DNA of 64,000 nt from positions 1-64,000 of the IMG/VR virus record IMGVR_UViG_3300032327_000953. The stretch is one strand, 5' to 3'. This document shows positions 9,401-18,049 of the stretch, one piece after another. A program made the translations under genes and the position numbers. The first letter of the stretch is position 1; each line of letters starts with the position of its first letter. The notes beneath the pieces are model-generated. The model had not been told where the DNA came from and did not search any database. It saw only the letters and a list, made by a program, of their open reading frames with translations. The stretch comes from a virus (taxonomy: Duplodnaviria; Caudoviricetes).

Positions 9401-10121
9401 TCCTTGTTTCTCTATACTCATCAATAGTAAAAGTTTGAGTTATATTTGTTTCTCTATTTATATCATAATGACGATACCAGAACAATACTCCCAGAAATGG
9501 TGTGATTAAAAAGTTGTCTTTTTCTATTCTCCAATCCACTTTAAAAGAGGAACCCTCAGATAGCTCCCAATTTTTAAATATAGGATTATTTATAACAACA
9601 TAATTTTGTATTCCTAGTCCAGCTTCATAAGGATTCTCTTGTGCAGAAGCGGATCTGTTTATAAATGTATTGTTATTTGAACTGTTTGTTGGGTCTATAT
9701 AAAGAAAATAAGGTCTCCATATTCCACTAATAGAATTAGAATATGGGGTTACAGAAGAAGCGATGTCTAAAGGTTTATTTAAAACAATATCTGCTTCTCG
9801 GATAGCTTCAATATCCAAATCGTAATCTAAGTCTGCAGCAAAAATATCACAATTATTATTATTGAAACTGAGCATATCCGGCTCTGTTTTTTGTTCAACA
9901 GTTGGATATAGAAAAACAACCTTATCTTCTGGCAATAATGGTACAGGCACCGGTCTTGCAACAAATGGGGTTCTGGTATTAGTTGTTGGTCTAATATATG
10001 TATTGTATATATCCAAATTATAAGGAGGATAGCTGTTATAGATATTCTGAGCAGCTATTGCAAGAAGTTCTCGTGCTGTTGCAGCGAAGCTATTTGCTTC
10101 AAATATTATTTCATTTGGCAT
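3429..10121 (-). CDS. Very large (2,230 aa) virion tail-tip or fibre protein with a tail-fibre repeat and a split P-domain-like module
   Basis: Uninterrupted ORF with TAATG coupling. VGDKVLIK...IYIV..S.W tail-fibre repeat; P-domain-like halves at about 6205-6840; short P/T linkers. Confidence 0.7.
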   Translation of the reverse strand: MPNEIIFEANSFAATARELLAIAAQNIYNSYPPYNLDIYNTYIRPTTNTRTPFVARPVPVPLLPEDKVVFLYPTVEQKTEPDMLSFNNNNCDIFAADLDYDLDIEAIREADIVLNKPLDIASSVTPYSNSISGIWRPYFLYIDPTNSSNNNTFINRSASAQENPYEAGLGIQNYVVINNPIFKNWELSEGSSFKVDWRIEKDNFLITPFLGVLFWYRHYDINRETNITQTFTIDEYRETRNGPESVVSGPLPSFVYDGISYKEQYENYTYSKNNQVVNIERFGLHSGLSVGDKVLIKESSSNKEFIYIVNESYWVCLGEKRFINGLDIYIPEDKFYCYFNSTFDMEAWNKRGTDPTKISNFSYPRTKLSTNDLDRYSNILNKLLNFENNHTLQDLFSKQQTTANIDLGDEEGSMVPGIYLDQQNQLDYIAVKNLARFLCTSPVGADVFVNPNRINLDKLNFYNYVDITTLKTDLENIFGNNFPIITPPTTPPATPKPLEGIVVGQSSTNVSPMNIPYIANILSQNELTHSFSNNIIQTKKELLLALLKSNQRNRYIEFPKDKKSKLVSKFTIDEPHLRMVLDFQDKRTLGTTAANAGGIWYKQRINACGLELYTRLKLPDENALRPGEREAIVLRYVDIDDTDTNNTEIYVMSSLDTVDTSKEYYNQTIKSVYEKFGIAQLFRQKYNLEKSVLVQDGAADYYDILFQDNNSPSFKLLRNQSYQENQTFDNSIRFYSRTLDSYTRNNAPFQNTMSFVEQRFSDMSLRNTGSVFPNIKEVYMHRLGGFYFSDISLITIGKSKFWSTRTGPVGIRDAQYFLPQSSLIKSRTRPQNKKKITIEFECGTATTIELYSIKIEKLRDNILENGNCRQFPNKTPYFGDETRVYDTIIGYEFNESSHLLTTRTAPPIVAYGGHRADHIAQLGISILGHPRPIDTLTPTEEYPIYNITSDNILPETAKNSFYYVQDPQQLALRARQLNVGSLRDKSLVKCFLTPTNFNNQVTFRKGFFHPNKGWIDYTLLPEPLRGRTAVKDETDSPCKTYKGQGIVFNELQLTKAEDAAKAGSKVNTNSDYKLIIRDPMETYHDPQRDTPGLPNILTVELDEDINFITYLAATMKNLTHPVPKEIKAGVFDSLEQRWIAYNIVASYLNKLLLNPVANEDPNYAKKIQLQLIKEKNAWLGSWQTKERTIPRNILFHSTLLNYSSNFNAIFSNFSKQPSTYAFSNDFILPAQSLDYYIGTSGLYRGFWNYAGEFPPSIDNGDGIPIPDPDAPAYVGTESSEVGKKWGLQISDMGAEDDGGSCFDLQVCTGCPVQGYTQSYIYNRFAYNNETFNIPYSSGYNFIANFRNKLHFLPPINIDAPHNTINQEYPKTNVGSNYAIQLGCLPEPDPPRPRETILPEFPPPPIFIPPFHPSLVGLLTYMAIATDLQSQGYGWDLGFLTGAFFPSPLYFGASRREKINRYMENKGYLQIEGTTAGALKLGFGGSQNISLYDDKPFGQPGKIQIEVKHSGLWYNVEADIFRYSSYSSPALENTKFTYLKDSKYVDGPSPTGELNYIEPLKYPGFDYNISFVSSDEDSNTTIISLDGVRAFYSFMKDETIELMYKLHDHSGTPSERCHPCITQYEGNYITSYKEPVKIKNIYIKKIKNSQYIKSNLKIQDPTTTDISFIDPPAIYPDSFLEENTNPKEIYISQVIIELDTYIDLEKKTFLGGCIYKNEESHSRSFLLFDPILTNAGLATSGSINYRRNDETPAFVSNADGLGFSFGNDPEYVKFGKWSNVRDRSFGNFTSSYIYDQMFAEGGLGWGTNLLKPDSIPVIGNQEKYPTLLDLDYHFSKTNFCGKIKFTKDFDQTRTHIASIKFNPRQTYENMPKHPYTTSREDDFISFTGYPRPLNIIPDRIYAHNIFSIAETNRRALDIDGKEQFQHYSTNKNISEFYLPFYDLTLATGILDRDLLSNDIVSSTGLGPAAGYLQVENIFNNKTNVVYDNNYYWISIPDNVSGVLSSSSKIPVAVIQKCFHSKGSYSFCSNICNTQMVGPVWPNMNNENANSSELIYKLPDEETPRAPGITYEERQSQQTFYMGCGEAKNDSMVRVEVTQVYQVPVGTHTYVSASGLFAESNDIDIKFKYLPRKIPTDFQLTLGTNIVNQSQLYTWECHKTNLYNIYNKKTLTTTPPFYQVLNEMIFRAWFGERQKISMQDTYDQRLYLQQNHYKWIPYDYDDTSIFNKERTI

Positions 10122-10498
10122 TATATAGCACTAATTTGATTATTGAGAATAGATAATACCTTATACAATTCATTACTAATTTGATTTTCAATTTTTTCAT
10201 AATACAATACAGCTGTTAATAGATTGGTTTTATTCTCAATATCTGATAAATGGTTCAATACCGCTATGGACTGCTTAAATTCTGCGGCAAACTCGTCAAA
10301 TACAGTTGGTAGTTCTTTTAACAGAGCGTCTCTTAATTCTGGTTTATTTTTTTTATTTGCTTGTATTGCTATATTAGTAATGAGTTGATCCCTAATGTCT
10401 GCTATATTTTTATCTATTCTATCATGTATTTTTTTAATAAATGCATTATCATTTAATGTTTCTATATCATCATAACTATTTGATAAGTTTTCTATCAT
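10121..10498 (-). CDS. Small helical hypothetical protein (~125 aa)
   Basis: The track gives a start at 10525. ATG 10498 (MIENLS) overlaps the TGA of the upstream gene as ATGA and is the more likely start. Helical heptad-like composition. Confidence 0.6.
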   Translation of the reverse strand: MIENLSNSYDDIETLNDNAFIKKIHDRIDKNIADIRDQLITNIAIQANKKNKPELRDALLKELPTVFDEFAAEFKQSIAVLNHLSDIENKTNLLTAVLYYEKIENQISNELYKVLSILNNQISAI

Positions 10499-13400
10499 GG
10501 TCTTCCTATACTCATAAGATTCCATGAGCCTTCCATGTATATGAATAAAGCTCTATGATTTGGTTTTGCTTCCAAATTGAGATTATTAACAAATTGAACA
10601 TTAATTTTTGTTACGTCTTGTGTTCTTGAATTATTCGGAACAGCATAGGTATTGAATATAGTAGCATTATATCCTTGTTTAATAATACCAGAAGCTATAA
10701 TCTGCTGTTTAGAAACTGGCTCATAGAATCCAGATTCCCCATTATATCGACAATATAACTTTGCTCCTCTTGGAGCTGTATATCCAGCATAATCCTTAAC
10801 GAATACTATTCTTCTTAATCCTGTTGGTAAAGGATCTTTTGAAAATTGTAAGTCATCCAAGAATCCTCTTGCAGGATATGTTGTTCTTGAATTTCTCTCT
10901 AATGTTAAATCTTCCTCTAATGTTACATAAACATTCTTAACGGGTGGTGGGGCTGTCCAAACTTTCCTATTTGAATCCCATCTTAGATCAATTGGTCCCA
11001 CGGGCCATTCTATTGGTTTGGTTCCCCAGCTTTCAGCAAATGACATTTCCTTAAAAGGAAGAGACCACTCACTAGCTGTATCATCCCAAATTTGATTTTT
11101 ACCAATTATAATATCGCCATAATCAGCATCTTCTGGATCATGAGATCCATATGTTTTCAAATCTTTTGTTTTTAATGGCCTATCATAAGCGTCTAGTATT
11201 TTAGGTTCGCCAGAAGCATTGGGGATTGGATATCCATCCATATCATAACCCCATCCGTGCATAATCATTGGTCCTCTGAATCCAAAGAACCTCTGGTTCA
11301 TGGGATATAGCTGAGGTGCTTGAGAATCGTCTGTATTAGCTGTGTTTAAAAATGTTCGTCTAAATTCATAGTCTAAATCTAAATAGTCTTTAGCTAAAAG
11401 TCTGGAGATGAAAGCAGTAGAATCAGGAACATACTTATTAAGATTATCATCCCACTTATATAGATCTGGTTTATTACCAGAATTAATAATAACCTCACCG
11501 GCTGCAATATTGTCTATCACATCCAAAGCATTTTTAGGTGGAATCATACCTCTTGCAACAATTTCTATTCCATGACCACCCATATCATTATCTAAAGCAT
11601 TAATATTTCTAAATTCACCAGAAGCAACAATAATGGGATTAAGGCTAAATAGATTAATATTTCTTTTTCCAAAAACCTCAAGATATTTCTTGGGATTTCT
11701 TAATATAGTCTTATCTGTTACATATTCATATAATATTGTATCTACTGGATTGTTATTAGAAGGATCTCTAACAGCTAATTTCATACCAGAAGCTAATATG
11801 TATGGAGGCATACTTTCAGCAATGCTAAAGCTTTTTGTATCAGTAATTTTACTTTTATCTTCACAATATTCACATCTGATGTTAATTGTAGAAACTTCAT
11901 AACCAATTGTAGGATTAACTTCTTTTTCTATTAATCTACTACCTTTACATACTGGACATTTTTTAGTATCATATTTAACAAAACTTTTTGTGGCATCATG
12001 CAGAGTTGGGTAGAAGGATATTGGGGAAAAGAATCCATCAAGACTCATCATTGATTTTGATGAATAACTATTACTCAACTCTCTAGAAACTTCTTTGGCC
12101 TCGAAAATAGCAACTTGTGGCCTGTGTGCTTTAACTTGTCTGTCTTTATCATCTGGTAATCTTTGTACCGCCTTAGCGTCTTTTATAGTTTTACTAAACT
12201 GACTAAAGCTTCCGACCATAACTTCAACAGGACTAGTACCACCAGTTGTGCTATCATATAAGAAGTCCCTGAACGAGCTCTTAAATGTCATTTCAGATCT
12301 TCTGCGCATTCTATCATATATAGCAATGCTTAGTTGATGCTGTTCTTTTTGTCTTTTCCTAGACTCAACAACCAGTTTTTTGATTCTATCTGAATTTTCT
12401 TTATTATATAGAGATAATTTTGATTGATATGTTCTAAAGCTATATGTTGTTTCTGTTTGTTGTCCTATATTAACTTGTATATTTGAAATATTACTAGCTG
12501 ATGGTGATTGAAATTCTGGATTTCTATTAATAGTTAAGCTATTAACTCCACCCCTACTATTTGCTATTGGAGCATAATTATAGATACTCGTTGTTTTTTC
12601 ACTTAGCACGTCACCCAAACTAAATGCAGGATATCCTGGAACACTTAATTGTCCAGTTTCTAAAAATTGCTGATATGTTGATTTTTCTTGTATTTTTAAT
12701 TCTGCTGCCATATCCAAAGCGTACATACCACCATAATTCCACGGAACCAAATCATTATCCACCTCAAGATTTACTGGTCCGATCATATTTTCTATTGCCA
12801 CTTTTCTATTGGTATCATTCAATAAAAAGGGGAAAATAGTAGTCTTCTGTTTTTCTGGATAATTAATCCATGGACCATAAACGTGCTGATTAGAAACTAA
12901 AGGAACAGCAGCAAATCCTGGTAATGCGGCTTTTGCGCATATGGGAATATTTTTTACAGTATGAAATTGTTGTGTAATTTGCTCTGCTAATGTTTTTGGA
13001 TTAACAGTAACAGAAATTCCAGCACCATCGTCAAATAGTCCTGCTGTTCTATTTAAGTTTGGTCCAGATGTGGAAGTACTAGCTAAATACTGATTAGCCA
13101 TTTTAAAAAATGATTCTGAAATTGGAGACATTAGCTTTAATAAGATATCAATCAATCCTGATGCTGGACCAGTATTAGTTCCATACTCTCCTTCTCTTAT
13201 AAATAAAGCATATTCTTCAGCAGCTACTAGAGGCACTAATTTTGTTGATGGATTATCATTACCATCATTACCCATTGAAGAAGATGTATTAAGAGCCACC
13301 AAATCTCCAATTTTTATAATAGCCCTAGCATCTCCCAAATTTAATGGATCCATGAAGATAAGATCATCCTCAACGTCTCCTTTAACAAACAATTTTCTAC

Positions 13401-13803
13401 AACGGTTTGGGGTAGTTCCTCCATTATCATTTACATTATATTCACTAAGATCATTTCCAAAAGGATCATAATAATGGTCTTGGTCTGGAGTTTCTATTAG
13501 TATAGCTTCTGTTGGATCGAATTTATGTTTTAGTGCAGGATAGAAGAATTCTTGTTTATTGCAAACTATCTGGGAAACTGATTTGTCCGCTGGTTGTGGA
13601 TCGTTAGCTTTATTGGAATTATCCCCCACTGGAGATGTTGATGTTTCTTTATCTTTTGCGCAATCATCTAATGGTCTCTGTGGATCTTGGTTTGCTGCTG
13701 TAGACTCATTGGGGCTTATCTCTGGTAAGTTATTTTGCTGAGGTGCAGTATTTGTTGGATTGCTTCTATAAATATTATTATTAGGATCAGCATTAACAGG
13801 CAT
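10495..13803 (-). CDS. Baseplate hub / tail-tip protein, C-terminal portion (1,102 aa)
   Basis: YGPW...LEVDNDLVPWNYG...ETGQLSVPGYP...ISNIQVNIG...TTYSFRTY resembles the C-terminal half of gp27/Tal-like hub folds. SD GGAG at 13812-13815. Confidence 0.5.
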   Translation of the reverse strand: MPVNADPNNNIYRSNPTNTAPQQNNLPEISPNESTAANQDPQRPLDDCAKDKETSTSPVGDNSNKANDPQPADKSVSQIVCNKQEFFYPALKHKFDPTEAILIETPDQDHYYDPFGNDLSEYNVNDNGGTTPNRCRKLFVKGDVEDDLIFMDPLNLGDARAIIKIGDLVALNTSSSMGNDGNDNPSTKLVPLVAAEEYALFIREGEYGTNTGPASGLIDILLKLMSPISESFFKMANQYLASTSTSGPNLNRTAGLFDDGAGISVTVNPKTLAEQITQQFHTVKNIPICAKAALPGFAAVPLVSNQHVYGPWINYPEKQKTTIFPFLLNDTNRKVAIENMIGPVNLEVDNDLVPWNYGGMYALDMAAELKIQEKSTYQQFLETGQLSVPGYPAFSLGDVLSEKTTSIYNYAPIANSRGGVNSLTINRNPEFQSPSASNISNIQVNIGQQTETTYSFRTYQSKLSLYNKENSDRIKKLVVESRKRQKEQHQLSIAIYDRMRRRSEMTFKSSFRDFLYDSTTGGTSPVEVMVGSFSQFSKTIKDAKAVQRLPDDKDRQVKAHRPQVAIFEAKEVSRELSNSYSSKSMMSLDGFFSPISFYPTLHDATKSFVKYDTKKCPVCKGSRLIEKEVNPTIGYEVSTINIRCEYCEDKSKITDTKSFSIAESMPPYILASGMKLAVRDPSNNNPVDTILYEYVTDKTILRNPKKYLEVFGKRNINLFSLNPIIVASGEFRNINALDNDMGGHGIEIVARGMIPPKNALDVIDNIAAGEVIINSGNKPDLYKWDDNLNKYVPDSTAFISRLLAKDYLDLDYEFRRTFLNTANTDDSQAPQLYPMNQRFFGFRGPMIMHGWGYDMDGYPIPNASGEPKILDAYDRPLKTKDLKTYGSHDPEDADYGDIIIGKNQIWDDTASEWSLPFKEMSFAESWGTKPIEWPVGPIDLRWDSNRKVWTAPPPVKNVYVTLEEDLTLERNSRTTYPARGFLDDLQFSKDPLPTGLRRIVFVKDYAGYTAPRGAKLYCRYNGESGFYEPVSKQQIIASGIIKQGYNATIFNTYAVPNNSRTQDVTKINVQFVNNLNLEAKPNHRALFIYMEGSWNLMSIGRP

Positions 13804-13817
13804 TAATTAATCTCCAT

Positions 13818-16800
13818 TTATTCGCATGGGGTATTATCTCGTGGTCTGCTTCTATCAAATTCAGTATATCTTGAAGCATTTGAGAATACATTTCCTCTCT
13901 TAAGAACATCATATAAATAAAATACGTTTGGACCATTAACCATCTTACAAACATTAGTTTTGATCCAGTCACAAATCTTATAAGCTTCATGATCAAATCT
14001 ATCATTTGCGGGGAAACCAAGGATTGGTTGTATTTTTCCTTGTTCATCGGTAAATATAGAAGCAGCATATCCACCTATCATTAAACTATCATCAATAGTA
14101 TTTCCGTACTCTTCCCATGCTCCTTCAGGACTAGTCTTATAGCTAGAATATATTTTACCATTTCCTTCAGTAATATATCTTGGATTTTCTGCTGTTCCAA
14201 TGTTCACATATGATGGAGCTTGAGCACCAGGATTGGCTGTAGCCTGTGGTAAGGATGATCCATCACTACCTCTTCCTGGAGAATTGGGATCGGGATCTGC
14301 TGGATTTGCTGGGGCAGTATTGGTTGATGGTGCTGGTGTTGGGGTTGGCCTAGGATCCATATTAATTAAACTACTTCTATCTCTATATGATAATATCATT
14401 GGTATTCTAACCATAAATTTTTTACCATAGAATTCGTCTCCAACTTTTCTAAAGAATTCATGTAATAATTTAAGATCAGCAGTTAAAGCAAAGTTTAATC
14501 CTGATTTGGTATTTTTTGGTACTGCTGCTCCAGCTGATGAGCTTTTTGTTTTCTCATTAAAGCTGCTATTAATTTTGAAAATACTGGTAAAAATAGCACA
14601 AGCATCCCAATCATTATCTGATGTTACTTGCATATCTGACTTGGTGTCTTTTTGCTGAGGTTTATTATCTCCTTGACCAGGATTGGTATTTGCTGTTTTA
14701 CCATTATCAGCAGCCGATGGGGCTGGTGGCCCTGTTCGTGTTCTATCTTTTGGTACTGGTGCTGGTGGAGGAGGAATTTCTCTACTTCCACACGTGGCAT
14801 TTTTAATCATTTGTTTAATGTGAGGATCATGAATTCTCATGCTCATATAACCTATCCATGAGTCCCATCCGGCAATAGCTGCTCTAAGCTCACTTTCAGT
14901 AACATAGAAAGTTCCACCATTATATATTCCTTGTAGTTCCAGTTTTGTTATTGGTAATTCTTTGACATTAAACTCAATAACCATATTATTTTGCCATGTG
15001 TCAAACCAAACGCATCTTGGTTTTCTGGTTTTGTCAATTAAATTATATTGGTTTCGTGATTTATCTATATAATCAGTTGTTCCAAAAAATGGACAAATAC
15101 TATTATACATTATGGGAAAAAATCTAGTATTGGCATCATCTATTTTCCACCCATTCTCCCATCCATCTTGGTCAGTATCTTTGTTACGTAAATATGTTGA
15201 TCCTCTATTTTCTAAATAATGACTAGCATGTTTATTAAATGTATTATATCCTATATCTCCTATGGCTTTAGCAAAATTATCTAAGATTGTTGCTTCTGGA
15301 GTTTGAGTTATACCATTATTATTTGACGAGCCTCCTCCAGATGAACCTCCAGAATTACCGCCAGAACCACCAGAGGAACTACCTCCAGAAGACGTATACT
15401 GACTTGTTGTTGACCATGGAGTAGTCCAAAATGGATTAACCATATGCAAATCTCTATCAAAATTTTCATGTTTAGATTTTTCTATTATTCTCGTATATGC
15501 CCAATCAAATACTGTTTTTCCAATTGCTAATAGAAATTTTTCTGATGTTGATAAATCTGGAGAATCTGACTTTTTCTCCACAGTATCAACAGTTACTGCT
15601 GGAAGATCATCTGGTGATGATGATTTGATATAATTACCAAATATGGGTAATTCTAAAATATTAGTTAAAGACCAACTATTATCAGGATCATAATATCCAG
15701 TTACAGCAATCTCATTATGTTTACTAATGGATGTGGTTCTTGCTAAAGCATATGGATCTCTAACTGATCCTGGATTTGGAACTCTCCAGAAGTTTTGCAT
15801 CTGAGCATTTGGTATTGCTCTATCATCATCACTTGAATAATGTAATAATTTTTTATCAGTACTATGATAAATATAATCACTAGCTCTATATGCTAAACCA
15901 TAATTTTTAGTTTGAAATAGTCTTTGCTGTTTACCACCTATTAAAATAGTTCTGGGCTTAGCTGACGAGTTGTATTCTTTACCCAAACTGACCGAACTAA
16001 CTGGTACTCCAGCATCCCTTAATCTTGCAATATAATCAGAAATTGCTCTATCTGATGGTTGCACTCTGCGTGTTACTGTTCTAAGTTTGATAATTTTTAC
16101 TGATGGAGCATTATTATATACCTTAATATATAACATCTCATAAAAGAAATCTATACCAGACTTATCGCAAATTTCCGTAATGAAAGTATTTAGATCTACT
16201 ATAGACTGATTACAGTCTGTTCTTAGTTGCATTGGTACTGCTGGTAACTCTCCCAAATCTAAATAATATAATTGCTTATAGTCTTGATTATCTATTCCAG
16301 TACCATCATTTGCTGGTATAGTTGCACTAATACTATCTGGAGGTAATAATCCAAAATCAAATATATTATACATAGTTGTTCCAGTTTGAATATTTGGCAT
16401 TGTTGATGTATTTCTAGCAACAGTACCATCATCACCAATTTCTAAAAATCCGGAAACTGTTCCAGCAACAGATAAATTATCTGCTGAAGCTGAAGCTTCT
16501 CTTTTTCTGCTAGCAGGAAATCCTAATGCTGGATTAGTCTGACCACGAGTATAATATACAGGATAAATATCATTTGTGGTTTGTGGTATATCAGTATCTC
16601 CAACTCTATAAATTCTCATATATAATGTTTCGCCAGCTTTTGGTGTGGCTGTCATTGGACTTCTACCAACCAAAGCTCCGAATGGACTAAAAATACTTTT
16701 TGTGGTTTGTCCAGCATATGCTGTTGTTGTTGTTGGTAAACTAAGTAAATAGTTAATTGTATATATGATACTATTAGTATTAATTCCTTCATCGTTAATT

Positions 16801-18035
16801 CCAGCTCCACCAAAACCTCCAGGAGCCATCGCTTCTAAAAATCCGTATACATTAATAATATTTGGAATATTACCATCGTCTGTCATATTACCTTGAAATG
16901 CATTAGTTAAATCAACTTTATCGCTCCATATATCATCTGATGGTCCGGATATTTCTGACGTAGGACGAGATGACTGACCATTTGGATTTGTTGTGTTGGT
17001 AGTTGCTGGTTGAGGTTCGCTTTTAACAAATACTCCACCAGTATAATTATTGAGTATTATTTGAGTTTGATTAATAATCTCATTTGGTCCCTCAATATCA
17101 ACCTGATAACTTCTGCCACCAGTACCAGAGTTTACGCTTCTCCATGTTTTCACGATTCCACAGAAACTAAAATCATCTAATTGAAAATATACTGGGCATC
17201 CAATAATATCAACCTGTTCACCCAATTCAACATTTTGTGTACCAGTAATTGGATCTGTACCTGTGGTCACTCTATTATTTCTTCTGAATTTGTTTCTTGA
17301 TGCAATAAATCCAGGATCAGGACCGAGCCAATATTTTTGTTCTAATTTTCCCAAACTATCATTATAGTGATAAAATATTTTTCCAGGAACTATAAGATTA
17401 CCATTAGTATCTAAGAAACTAGCATTTCTGGTCTTATATGCTGATGCAGACTCGCTTATTCCTCCTGCGGCATTTTTCCTTGGCTTTAAAGTATTATAAT
17501 AGTGATTAACTGTAGTTTGTAAATTAATAGCTGTTTGCCTATATATTCCTCCATCATGTGTCATAACATAATGTGGAGCAGTATCTTCTACCAATGTTAC
17601 AGATAGGCTCGACGGTTGGTTTCCCCATCCTAAGCTAACATTGAAACTAACCACGCTACATCCCAAGAACATTGTTTGTGGATATGGGCCAAAAATATTA
17701 CTTGGCAAACATAATCCAGTATCAATATCTCCTCTTTTTAAGACAGAATTTGGATCGTCTATGGGATTTATTGGTCTACTAGCAGTAGCTGTTTGAGTAG
17801 CTGTTCTGGTTACTCTTGGAGCTATTGGATCATTGCCATAAGTAATCTGGCTACGAGCTTGTGGAGTTGGTGTTGGGTCTGGTGTTGCAGGAGTGGGTGT
17901 TGGACTATTATCGGTTACTCCATCTGCTGCTGGATATGCGGGAATACCATCTCTAAAATTTGTAAAGGATCCAACAGCCTGAATTCCTAATGGAACAGGA
18001 CTACACGCCGGATCTGGTGGCGGAACATATGTCAT
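13818..18035 (-). CDS. Baseplate hub / tail-tip protein, N-terminal portion (1,405 aa)
   Basis: FLGCSVVSFNVSLGWGNQPSSLSVTLVED, F.FCGIVK.W...YQV.IEGP and ITEICDKSGIDFFYE are hub N-terminal-type motifs. Many low-complexity loops. SD AAGGA upstream. Confidence 0.55.
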   Translation of the reverse strand: MTYVPPPDPACSPVPLGIQAVGSFTNFRDGIPAYPAADGVTDNSPTPTPATPDPTPTPQARSQITYGNDPIAPRVTRTATQTATASRPINPIDDPNSVLKRGDIDTGLCLPSNIFGPYPQTMFLGCSVVSFNVSLGWGNQPSSLSVTLVEDTAPHYVMTHDGGIYRQTAINLQTTVNHYYNTLKPRKNAAGGISESASAYKTRNASFLDTNGNLIVPGKIFYHYNDSLGKLEQKYWLGPDPGFIASRNKFRRNNRVTTGTDPITGTQNVELGEQVDIIGCPVYFQLDDFSFCGIVKTWRSVNSGTGGRSYQVDIEGPNEIINQTQIILNNYTGGVFVKSEPQPATTNTTNPNGQSSRPTSEISGPSDDIWSDKVDLTNAFQGNMTDDGNIPNIINVYGFLEAMAPGGFGGAGINDEGINTNSIIYTINYLLSLPTTTTAYAGQTTKSIFSPFGALVGRSPMTATPKAGETLYMRIYRVGDTDIPQTTNDIYPVYYTRGQTNPALGFPASRKREASASADNLSVAGTVSGFLEIGDDGTVARNTSTMPNIQTGTTMYNIFDFGLLPPDSISATIPANDGTGIDNQDYKQLYYLDLGELPAVPMQLRTDCNQSIVDLNTFITEICDKSGIDFFYEMLYIKVYNNAPSVKIIKLRTVTRRVQPSDRAISDYIARLRDAGVPVSSVSLGKEYNSSAKPRTILIGGKQQRLFQTKNYGLAYRASDYIYHSTDKKLLHYSSDDDRAIPNAQMQNFWRVPNPGSVRDPYALARTTSISKHNEIAVTGYYDPDNSWSLTNILELPIFGNYIKSSSPDDLPAVTVDTVEKKSDSPDLSTSEKFLLAIGKTVFDWAYTRIIEKSKHENFDRDLHMVNPFWTTPWSTTSQYTSSGGSSSGGSGGNSGGSSGGGSSNNNGITQTPEATILDNFAKAIGDIGYNTFNKHASHYLENRGSTYLRNKDTDQDGWENGWKIDDANTRFFPIMYNSICPFFGTTDYIDKSRNQYNLIDKTRKPRCVWFDTWQNNMVIEFNVKELPITKLELQGIYNGGTFYVTESELRAAIAGWDSWIGYMSMRIHDPHIKQMIKNATCGSREIPPPPAPVPKDRTRTGPPAPSAADNGKTANTNPGQGDNKPQQKDTKSDMQVTSDNDWDACAIFTSIFKINSSFNEKTKSSSAGAAVPKNTKSGLNFALTADLKLLHEFFRKVGDEFYGKKFMVRIPMILSYRDRSSLINMDPRPTPTPAPSTNTAPANPADPDPNSPGRGSDGSSLPQATANPGAQAPSYVNIGTAENPRYITEGNGKIYSSYKTSPEGAWEEYGNTIDDSLMIGGYAASIFTDEQGKIQPILGFPANDRFDHEAYKICDWIKTNVCKMVNGPNVFYLYDVLKRGNVFSNASRYTEFDRSRPRDNTPCE
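15320..15400 (-). repeat. Gly/Ser/Asn low-complexity loop in the hub-like protein
   Basis: SSGGSSSGGSGGNSGGSSGGGSSNNN. Confidence 0.9.
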
Positions 18036-18049
18036 AAATAGTCCTTATA

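Noticed and set aside
13700-14000. Split intein or intron at the hub gene break
   Set aside because: No intein block A (C/S start with conserved spacing), no terminal HN-C/S/T motif, and only 14 bp between the ORFs.
13793-14074. 93-aa alternate-frame ORF spanning the hub gene junction as a frameshift bridge
   Set aside because: It is in the third frame and stops at 13793, so a single shift cannot join the two hub ORFs; no slippery site was recognised.
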